Assembly (NCBI RefSeq): GCF_964204645.1
Contig: NC_134029.1
Coordinates: forward strand, 5,890,001-5,954,000
Direction: 5' to 3'
Source of the DNA: Tubulanus polymorphus
Taxonomy: Eukaryota; Animalia; Nemertea
Length of the DNA stretch: 64,000 nt
Shown: in pieces, positions 40,544-50,139 of the stretch
Numbering within the stretch: the first letter of the stretch is position 1
Layout of the letters: each line of letters begins with the position of its first letter
The notes under the pieces: model-generated
Databases searched by the model: none
Seen by the model: only the letters and a program-made list of their open reading frames with translations
What the model was told of the DNA's origin: nothing
Translations under genes and position numbers: made by a program

Positions 40544-43500
40544 ATAATACACACGATATTGATTATCAGTAAAATACTGAAAAACCAGTACAAACTACAT
40601 GTCGAAATACACAGTCCAAATTAAGCGATTATTACGAAGGTAGTAGGTAATCTATGACCTATATATAATTGTCACGGGCCCTGGTACAATTTCGCATAGA
40701 ACAATACACAATATACGCTAACAACAAAGCATGTCCATTTGGAGTTCTCTCTAGTGCACAGCTGAATTGATAATATATTAACCAAATAACACAATATTCC
40801 AAAACCGAATATAGAAATTTATGCAGTTCGTTCGAATTGACTAATGACATCGACAGTTGGTGTTTAACTGTTCGAAAGCTCTCTTCGCTCTAATCCTATT
40901 TCACGTGTTCAGTCATAGCAGATACGAACGTGTACGTATATACATATATCGCGTATATTTCGAAAGTTTTAAAACGAAACCTGATTCCTGACTGCGAAAA
41001 AAACCTGAATAAACAATAATTGTTACAAGCGTCTAGGTTCCGCTTAAATTTTCAAACTCGAAATGAAAATTCGTCCGAACAAGTTTTCCCCATAAATTTT
41101 TCTTGTATGAACTCAAACGTACACCTTCTTCCTAGAAATGCATGTTCTTTTTCAAAACTGGTTTTCACGCTATACCTTGACATGAATTTTTACAAAGAAA
41201 TAGCCCGAATGGCAATCATGAAATGAATACCAAAAAAAACCTCTTAAGCTAACGTATGATATTCTTTTCTTTAGAAAAAAAGCTTATCGGTCCATAGTAA
41301 AAATGCAAATCGAAAAAAAATCATTTTAAAAAACGATTTTATTTCAATATAGGCCAGCACTATTTTCTAAAATATTAATACTCTCTACGCTTCAAAATTC
41401 CTAAATAGTATTGTTTATCCCAGTAAACCATCAATAAGATGGATTTATAATCAAATTTTCTTATCTTTTACAGTAGCAAAACTCGTTTTCTAATTTGGTA
41501 ACCGCCTACTTGGGTTAAAAAAAATCCAGGTACCAACTGTACCGATTTAGGGGTCTACTGTACACAGTACAGTCTTCAACAAGCTAGTCCTCCAAATTGA
41601 AGGAGCTTTATAAAAGTTTTGGAGATTTTGTTCAAATTAAAGGAGTTCCAAGCACATTTTCCGTTATGAAAGAGTTTTTAAGAAACGAAAGAGTCGTTGG
41701 TCTGGACCCTGTATAACGTAATTTCGTTTTTATCAATGTCGGATTAAGGTTGGTATGTTGGAAAAATCACTCGTGAATTAGAAATTGGAACGCGGATGTT
41801 TGTGTTGATACTACCTGCCATTTCTTAAGTGTACTTAATCTTTAAGCTAGACGTCAGGTCATCAGGTACTGGCAGTTTTTCCATCATCAAAACTCTCATA
41901 ATTCTTCACTTAAGATGATCTTAATCATTGTCTAACATAATACGAACTTAAGACGATTTAGAAATATCTCTGATTTCAACAATCAAAAAACTCAGTGCGA
42001 TACACGGCGCCCAGAATATGAAATACATGTGTAATTGGGAATTTTTCTAAAAATTTTCAAAATCGAATTCAACCTAATAATATTCAGAGTACATCAGGTC
42101 GATTTTAATGCATGGAAATGGTTTCCATGTGCTGCAGATATCGAGGTATACCTCTAATTTTTGAAGCCAGCCCACTCGTTTATTTACGTAGTAAAAGTTT
42201 ATTCTCTATGAAAATTTCTTAAATGCTATAAAACTTTCTTATTATCTCTCAGTTGTTTAGGTGTAGTGTGGATTTAAAAAAATGTTATTGTCTTCATTGT
42301 TTTATCTTTGAAGGGCTTGATCTCTTATCTCTTGTCAGATAAAGAGCTAACCTTTAAGGAAGCTCGTAAATCATCGTAGAACCTAATACGACAAAAGTTA
42401 CCTCGCAAAGGTGGATAATTTTCCTAACGTAGAGGGCCAAGGAAATAACTAAGGGTCCATGGACACCGTACAGACTTGAAAACTTCAACAGGCCCATATT
42501 GAGGGGGTTTGGGGGTTCGAAACAAACAAACCCACACCCCGCTCGCCGACAAAGGTCCACCCGGATCATGCCGGCCATAAGAAAATATGAGCATTAATTT
42601 CAAAAGATGCACTCATTGGTAACACATTAGTTCATTTGTTTTTGTTCGAAATGAGGTCAAATTGTAGAAAAATAAGCCAAATTTTCAACCCAAAAACTGT
42701 AGGCCCTATGCAAGAATTTGTGTAATGCAAGAATTTGTGTAAATTGCTCTCTTTTCTGTGGGAGCACACCCATGGCCAGACATTTGCATGAGCACCTTAC
42801 AAAAAATTCCACTTTCTTGAAAATTGAACCCCCAAAAGACCGTGTTGCTACGATACGTATTCCTGAAGATGACTATCATGTTAAATAGTCGAAACGTCGA
42901 ATGAATAAATCATTGCTTTAAGGAGACTTTTCAGACCTCATCTTTCTCATTAGTGTGGGATTCTCTAGTACATAACGCAATAGAAGTTATTCATACAGTA
43001 GTATGAATAAGTTATTCATTATAAGGGATTAAGTTATTCATACAGTAAGCATATATCTTCAATAATGAATTAGTTCATCTCGATGACAACAGATGTCACG
43101 CACAATCACTGAGTGAACACAAGACAAGCGACGACTTTAATCACGATGTATCGGCGGACCTAATCGCTCTACTGACAATTCACCGGGTTCAAAAGTTTGA
43201 CCAGTGTCAGTCGTAGGCTAGATATATCAATCAACAAATGGACATTTCCTTATCGCAGTACTAACGTCAATTCTAGCAAATACAAAGCCATTGTATGTAT
43301 CAAGCTATATAGATTATGATCATTAATGGTTCATATATTTGGCAACAGTTCCTCCTATGTACATTATACTTAGAAATAATGAAATCAATCCCACATCGAA
43401 TGAAAAAAATGTTTCTGCAAACCACAATTTGCAATTTATTTCAGCTGCATTCATACGTAGCTATTACGGCTATTAAGGCTAAAATACAATGATTCATTGT

Positions 43501-43808
43501 TTTTCCTAAGCGGCCGTGACATTGTTATCAGTTCATTTCTATAAATGCCAGGTTTGTGATGGTTAGCTTGATCATGATTTGAAAAAAAGTAATGTACAGG
43601 GCAGATAGACAGCCGGCTGGGTCAAATTATAAGCTCGGCAGTAATTAGACACTAGGTATAAATTTTCTTAGCCTAATCCGTAATTCGTACTCACTTCATC
43701 TCGTTCATTGCCGATGACTTTCCTTTCTTTAAGCGCGTTTAAAATATCGCTCAAATCTTCGACGTCGGTTGCCGAGAAAATTCCCTTTTCGCTGTTCGTC
43801 GAAGTCAT
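25942..43808 (-). CDS. KIDINS220: Kinase D-interacting substrate of 220 kDa / ARMS (ankyrin repeats, KAP-family P-loop NTPase with TM helices, SAM domain, C-terminal tail)
   Basis: Exons (minus): 43808-43695, 39927-39829, 39087-38989, 38509-38213, 37857-37759, 37665-37567, 37137-37024, 36776-36579, 36058-35881, 35723-35559, 35431-35252, 35139-34989, 34880-34735, 34319-33604, 30477-30270, 29601-29439, 29357-29179, 29017-28937, 28171(or 28126)-27963, 27600-25942. Ankyrin exons are mostly multiples of 99 nt; Walker [15 protein letters not shown]; Walker [10 protein letters not shown]; [14 protein letters not shown]; [13 protein letters not shown]; SAM-like [21 protein letters not shown]. Confidence 0.95.
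28280..28504. mobile_element. hAT-like (hAT6-type) MITE
   Basis: TIR CAGGGCTGCCAACT / AGTTGGCAGCTCTG; 6-bp direct repeat AAGTTA on both sides. Confidence 0.7.
28622..28783. mobile_element. piggyBac-like MITE
   Basis: TTAA + CCCTTTGACTGC ... GCAGTCGAAGGA + TTAA. Confidence 0.7.
29946..30106. mobile_element. piggyBac-like MITE (family shared with 32967-33254)
   Basis: Perfect 12-bp TIR CCCTTTCAGTGC / GCACTGAAAGGG; degenerate TTAA flanks (ATAA/TTTA). Confidence 0.75.
31748..31903. mobile_element. Tc1/pogo (Tigger)-like MITE
   Basis: TA + CAGTAGAACCCGCTTAAT ... ATTAATCGGGTTATACTG + TA. Confidence 0.75.
32241..32604. mobile_element. Harbinger-like element containing a nested ~200-bp palindrome (~32333-32541)
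   Basis: Outer GCCATTTCACAGA / TCTGTGAAATGGC; inner AAAGTTTTAAAACCAAGAATTTAT ... ATAAATTCTTGGTTTTAAAACTTT around AGAGATCATC / GATGATCTCT. Confidence 0.6.
32967..33254. mobile_element. piggyBac-like MITE
   Basis: TTAA + CCCTTTCAGTGC ... AAACTGAAAGCG + TTAA; subterminal sequence matches 29946-30106; internal inverted CTACACCGC / GCGGTGTAG. Confidence 0.7.
40107..40214 (-). CDS. Candidate alternative first coding exon of KIDINS220 ([36 protein letters not shown])
   Basis: ATG 40214, ends GAC GAG|gtacgc in phase 0 into the acceptor at 39927 (NGITFL); in-frame TAA just upstream and no acceptor between. Confidence 0.55.
40499..40540. repeat. (TA)21 microsatellite
   Basis: Perfect TA run. Confidence 0.95.
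41471..41710. repeat. Composite repeat (CAGTAG...CTACTG Tc1/pogo-like piece plus adjacent element end), also present at ~37312-37538
   Basis: Shared blocks TTTGGTAAC(C/T)GCCTA, AAAAATCCAG, CGATTTA, TCTACTG, AAATTGAAGGA, TTTTGTTCAAATTAAAGGAGTT and GAGTCGT in the same order at both sites. Confidence 0.7.
42859..42902 (+). ncRNA. Minimal type I hammerhead ribozyme motif (Penelope-like retroelement type)
   Basis: Stem I ATTC(42859-62)/GAAT(42899-902); core CTGAAGA(42863-69) + T; stem II GACTAT/ATAGTC (42871-76/42885-90); GAAA(42891-94); palindromic ACGT in place of helix III; UC cleavage site (after 42898); AATAAA follows. Confidence 0.7.
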
Positions 43809-43932
43809 TCTAGAATTCAATCTCTCAAATTAACTGAAAGTTAATATTAGTATAAGTTGAAAATTTGGTGGTAGTACAGGCAGGTGGCGAGGTTTGTTTT
43901 TAGAAAGGGAATATTTATAGTAACAGTCACTA

Positions 43933-44165
43933 CAGGGGCGGATCCAGGGGGTTCCGAGGGTTCTAGAATTATGTCGAGGTTTGTCTGCGCCCCTGGAGAT
44001 GCCTCTTAATCCATGGATTTGACTTAAAAATGCCCCAATTTGGCATGATTTGGCATAGGAAGTGCCCCTGAAAACCCCTAGTTTGATGTTAAGTGCCCTA
44101 TTTTGCCGTGATTTGAGAGTGACCTACGGTGCCCTCCTAAGGCCTTAGGCCTGGATCCACCCCTG
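43933..44165. mobile_element. hAT5-like MITE
   Basis: TIR CAGGGGCGGATCCAGG / CCTGGATCCACCCCTG; 5-bp TSD CACTA (43928-32 and 44166-70). Confidence 0.82.
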
Positions 44166-45626
44166 CACTAGGCCCATATCTTAGGGCCAACACCAAGTTA
44201 AGACTGCAGTTTAGCAATAAGATCATCTTGCTGTATGTACTCTGGTGTTACTTAGTCTAAAGATTAAGAGTCAGGCCTAGGTTCCGGGGTTAGGTGCTTG
44301 CTCCAACAAAAAAGGCCTACCATGGTTAGAAATGTAAGCCTACTAGGGCATTGGTTAACTTAAACCTGGTTAGGTCTGAGATATAGGCCTAACTTTTAGG
44401 GACACCTTAATGACAAGAAGGTCCCTCTCCTAAAAACCAAGACGAGGTTAGTTCCTGAACAAACCAGGGCCCAGGCGGTATGCCCGGGCCACCGGGGACC
44501 TGACACAAGGTTATTGGCCCGGGCGGCTATTTAACCTAGCAATAGCATCAGGTCCATGATGAATATAAAAAAAATCAACACCAATCACACATAAATCAAA
44601 GTTTGAAGCGATAGGGAGTTAAACGATGATCATAATTCAAATTCAAAAACAAAAGAACTCTTTTAGTCTTTGAGTTTGAACAAAAAATTTGATTGAATTG
44701 AATGAAAATTTGACAGTTAACTTACATTTTTACACGACAAGCAGAAGAAGCCGCGGATTCGGCTTTTAACGAACACCACAATTTCACATTATGTATGACA
44801 TAGTTCGATTGATAAGTGAAAGCAATCTTTGACCAGGTTAAAAATTGGTCAGTTTTATTATTTACCCTGCTGAATTGCAGGGGTAATGACTTATTCCAAG
44901 CTGGGAACGGAAGGTTCGAGGCGTTCAGGTTCGAATCCCATAATTTACATAATTTGTTAGATTGTTTGGGAGTATCCCACATGTATCCCATGTACTAGTA
45001 ATCATTTGAAATGGGTATTTCCATTCTAATTTATTTGATTACATAGGTATTTGGTGTTTCCATTCCAAATGGTCACACCTACAATGAAACCTGGGAATTT
45101 TTCTGATTATATAGCCAACAAAAGTATCATCTCTAGGTAGGCCCTACTATATCGAATTAATCTTAGGTAAAAGTGCAGATCCGCACCTCTTGATCGCGTA
45201 AACTTAATTTAATAATACGTATAACTTCTAATTCTTAAGAGATCCTGAGTTGTATCTCAGAGAATCTTCATCAGAACACAATCAATATGACCTATAATAT
45301 AGACAATCAACAGAATATTTGTAAATAAGTATTCATTTACTGTTCACAATTTTTAAAAGACTGAAGTCTTTCAAGCAGGGTAGATTTAGACGGCGCTGTA
45401 ACGGAGACATCCTGAATTGTATATCGATATTTTCGAAGCCACACGTAGTACAGGTGCCCGCAGAAGCGTTACCTAATAGTTTTGGTCGAGTTTCTTTCTT
45501 GATTGGTGTAAAAATCGACTTTTAAGCGGTCCATGGAACGTAAATCGAGACACGAGGGTTCGTGAAAATGATTCACGGGCCGGCCGTGAAAAGCAGTTAA
45601 TTTTATAGCAGGGCAGTGAAATGGGG

Positions 45627-45834
45627 GTGTTACTAAAAATGACTATGGGCTACTAAAACGAAGACCTATGCACTTCGGGTATTAGAACTATGCATGACTA
45701 TAAGAAGTCCGAAGATACTCGAAATCCTCACTTGGGGCGCTCTGTACCACCTCTGCCAGAAACGTAAATTGCCTGGTCGGTTTTCTCGGGTGCATAAAGT
45801 CTTCGTTTTTAGTAGTGCTTCGTTTTAGTAACAC
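45627..45834. mobile_element. Inverted-repeat MITE-like element
   Basis: GTGTTACTAAAA...CTACTAAAACGAAGACCTATGCAC / GTGCATAAAGTCTTCGTTTTTAGTAG...TTTTAGTAACAC. Confidence 0.65.
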
Positions 45835-45879
45835 TGTTGCTTAACTAAACGAATGACAAATTTCAAAATCAATCATATT

Positions 45880-48280
45880 TATTCTCATACAACAATTGTA
45901 CAAAATGCCAGGTTTGTGCTCGAGGAATTATAGTGTAAGCTCCTCAAACAAGGACTTTCAAAAACAACTAGTCCAACCACCATAGGCGTATAAACTAGAG
46001 AGTTTATACGCCCATGGTCCAACCATAGACTCTAAAACAGAAACGTCTATGGCCCACAACTATGGACTCTTAAACTGTGAGTCCATGGCTCCCGCACTAA
46101 AACCAGAGATAAACCTGGCCAAATACTCTGGAAAGCGTAGGATTAAGTAATCATAATCTGATTTACATTCTTACATCATTTTATTTTGACATATCATATT
46201 AACTTATAACATATAAGCTTATTTTCTCAAATTTTAATAGTAATTTTATTTCTAATACTATGCATGAAATTGTACTAACTAAAAACAAAGTTACATGTAA
46301 GGTATTTTTATTTAAGACTTTATCTACGATACATTTCCACTACAGCTGATTTATACAATTTGCATCAATAGGAAAATAACAAAAATACACAAAGAATTAT
46401 AAACTTTGATCCATAAAAAACCGAAAATTGGACTAGTCTAAGATTATGAATTTGACAATTCATGAGGTCAATATAACCGACATTTTGTTATATTTCATGA
46501 AATATGAATCTATCATGTCAACTTTTCAAATGACATCGATTGAGGACATCTCATTTATCGAGAAAAAACTCAACTTTATTCGATAGGACCTTAATAAATA
46601 AACGTTTTATGAACAATTGACATGAACATGTCATTTGATCTCCACAACAACAATTATACCTAAATGACAGGTATTCATGTACTGGAGGAAGTGCCTCAGT
46701 CATTTACAAAAACGTGACCTGTATTTTAAAAAGTCACCAACATAAAAACATTATAACCGGAGATAAAACCACAAATTCAATCTGGAAAGCTTAAGAACTT
46801 AACTAAACAGTCTTTTGATTTAATTTTCATTAACATTTTTTTACAAGATAGCTAGTTTTGCCACCTTTGCCTTGTCTTTAAGAGGTTTCAAGACATTATC
46901 AAATTGGTTATTTTCTCAAATGTTACATTTAATGCAAAGTATTTTTAAGGTATTCTCTTCTATGCATACAGCAAGAGTATATCAATATTGTTCAACTGCC
47001 AAGTGAATAGAGCTAGGGCAATTACTAATAACTAATGGCTTTGCTACAATTAAGTTAAGATTCAATAAATAACTTTTTGAGGTGCTTCTTGTGCAGATAT
47101 TTCAGAACCCATATAGACATTGTTAAACAATGGTTTTAGAGTCCATTGCTAGCATAATCTACTGATTAATACTGTTCATATATCCTCATTTATCAAGAGA
47201 CTGCTCCTCTATTTTGCTACTCTATTTTCCATAAGGGCCTTAATGAAAATAGAATTTTATGAACCAATGATGAACACCACAGTATGAATGACAAAACATG
47301 TATATCATTTTATTCTTTCACAACAATTATACCCCGCTAAATGAGTTATTTAAAAAACAGTTCAACATAAAACTTACAAATACACTCACTCTGGAAAGCA
47401 TAAGGTAAACTAATTACTCTTAGTTATTACAAGAAAACTAAAGACATTGCGAAAAATTTCCTCGTCTGAGAGATTTCTTTAATTATCAACTAGCTTATTT
47501 CACAAATGTTACATTTGAAACAAAGCAGGGTCTGATTTAAGCACTAGTCCAATTGCCCGGGACAAGTATATTTTCATTAGGGCATGTAGGTTATCACAAT
47601 CACTTGTCCACCAGGCTCGTGTAATTCTATATCTCAAAGCTTTTATCCCAATCGATGCAAGGGATGATTGTGTCTCAATCGGACTACTCATGTAGGGCAA
47701 GTTGATTTTTGAGGGGGCAAGTGATATTACATATGCTTGCCCCAAGGTCAACTGGCATTTGTTCCTTAGATCAAACCCTGCAAACTATGCAAACTCAATA
47801 TAAAGATCAGAAATTCTTCTTGTCCAGATATTACAGGCCCCACACAGATGCGGTTAAACTGATAATCAAAACAAAGCTAGGACAATTGACCAATTAGCAC
47901 TGTATCCTCGAGTTAGCCTATCAAGAAACTGCTCCTTCCATTCTATCAGTATTTTATGAACCACTGAAAAGCACCACAGTGGAATTGTTGCTAAGAAATT
48001 AACAACTTAACAGTTTCAACATGAATGATGAAAATGTACATGTTTCATTCACACAACAATTATATCTTATTAAACGAGGAATCATCATGCAAGTTCCTAA
48101 TTTCCAAACATGCATTATGTGTTACAATAACAGTCTCCAACATAGAGCATTAAAAATAGAGATGGAACATACAGATTCACTCTGGAATCTAAGTATCAAC
48201 TCATCATTACTTTCACTAGAAAACTAGAATTTTGCCTACTTTGCCCTGACTTAAAGATGTCCAAGCACCTTGGCATTAAA
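45880..48280. repeat. Old, degenerate tandem repeat, ~3.5-4 units of ~640-800 bp
   Basis: Recurrent blocks in the same order: TTTTATGAAC (~46604, 47255, 47952), ACAACAATT (~45889, 46646, 47321, 48053), TCTGGAAAGC / TCTGGAATC (~46127, 46781, 47390, 48181), CAAATGTTACATTT (~46917, 47503). Confidence 0.65.
47526..47780. mobile_element. hAT5-like MITE inserted in the degenerate tandem repeat
   Basis: TIR CAGGGTCTGATTTAAG / CTTAGATCAAACCCTG; near-TSD CAAAG/CAAAC. Confidence 0.6.
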
Positions 48281-49789
48281 TACTAAGTATTCTGATGTTT
48301 TTTTCTGGCAGCTCCAAAAACATCAACATAATCATACAATCGGAAACTAATCAATAACACCAATAACTTAAGTTTATAGCTGTTTTACATTCTTTCTTAA
48401 AAGTAAAATGTATGTACTAGATTTTAGACAGTAAGTCCCCCCCCCCCCCGTATAACAATAAACAGTCACAGCAGTGATTGAGCGCAGCTAGATCATAGGA
48501 CGGTCGATCTTTCATCACAGTTATTCAAAGTATTCTATCATATCAGTTATTTTCTTAAGTGTGTTCGATTTAGTTAAGGTTTATGGTTATTTGTTTTGTT
48601 CATTACAATAACTGAGTCCGATAGAATGCTTTGAATAACAACAGAAAAGATCTGGGGTTTTCGCTACACTTAGGGAAGGTTGTTCGATAAATGAATAACC
48701 TTGTTGATAAATATTTGAAAAAATGCCTTTTCATGTAAATAGAATATCAATTTGTTGTTTGTTTGTATTGTTGTTTATTATTTTTATCTATTTTTTAATA
48801 TTATCTATTTATGTATGTACTTGTATTTTGTATTATTTACTACTTATTTTTTATTGGGTTTTTTTATTTATTTTTTTATTAATTCATGTACTTGTAGTTT
48901 GTATTATGTATTATTCATACTACTCTATTTACAACTGCAGGCATTTTTTCACTGTAAAGTTTCTGGGCCCATTTTAGAAAAGCACTACCGATTCACTGCC
49001 ACTGCCACTCCTTATGATCATTATACACCCAATTTGAAGCTAAGTGATTATTCACGAGAGCCATCTTGTGATATGGATTTACCCATTACAATAAAAGAAG
49101 TTCAAACAGCTATAAACGATGTTAAAACGTTCAAAATTAGTCCTAGCTATAACTTTATGCCTTGTTATTCCTAGCTTTACCTCTCATATGTAAATAATCG
49201 TCTCCTTTCAAATAAAGCTTTTGATTTCAAATACGTAGCTATGATCATCAAACAGATTGATGGAGGCTCAAAGTTAAAACTCGATGTGAAAGTCGACATA
49301 TGCGATTCAATTGTGAAATCAGTTACATGGGCCTTCGAAAATATATATCCATCAAATTAATACATCTACAATTCAGCAAATACTTAATATTTGTACATCA
49401 ACACTGGCCTAACGTTATGTTCTATGTTTCCTAACTATATGATACCTCCACGGACAAATAGTCATAGTTGACTATGTTTAAACAATGGTAAGGTTTAAAG
49501 ATTAAACTCACAATATCATGTTGAAACTATATCTCAGTTTAGGAGTTAACTCAACAGACCTGCGAGCCCAAACAAGGCGCTCGACGCGACCATTTACCCC
49601 TAGTGACTAACCTAACTTGACTTCTCTATCAACCAAGGATCGAATACCAATATCGTGAATTAATGGAGCTTAGCTTTTATTAGACTCTCACATTGCATTA
49701 AACATTATAAAATAATATCCTTTAAGACACTATATCAGACTGGTTTGAAAAAGGGTGATAAGTAAAAAAATCAATACTTTACGACAGAA

Positions 49790-49990
49790 ATCCGCTATTG
49801 TCTTTGCCGCTCCTGGATCTCAGTGTTTATAAGATGCGCTATTGTTTATGCTGCTCTTAATAAGATACACTATTGTGTTTGCTGCTTTTAAAACAGTGCT
49901 TATCCTGAATCAGTGTTTATGAGATAATCCATTAGCTTTGTCGCTCGAATCAGTGTTTATAAGTACTATAGTACCTGCTGCTCCTGATAA
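49790..49990. repeat. Degenerate ~40-45 bp minisatellite
   Basis: Repeated CTATTGT(C/T/G)TT...GCT(G/C)CT and CAGTGTTTATAAG motifs, about 5 copies. Confidence 0.6.
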
Positions 49991-50139
49991 CATATTTTAT
50001 AGAAATCAACCACCGTTTGTAGAAGAATCAATCGTTGAGTGATAAATCTGTTACTGGCTCCTCAACTTCTAATCTGGGCTTCTGCAGTTTTCATCAGCAA
50101 ATGGGTCAATCAGTATTCATCTACTTGTAGATTTTCTGT

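Noticed and set aside
44905-44945. tRNA gene suggested by GGTTCGAATCCC (similar B-box at ~25826)
   Set aside because: No cloverleaf or properly placed A box; at most a decayed SINE head.
48723-49174. Hydrophobic ORFs; possible LINE fragment (PITIKEVQTAINDVK)
   Set aside because: The first part is T-rich low complexity; the short LINE ORF2-like peptide is too small and broken to call.
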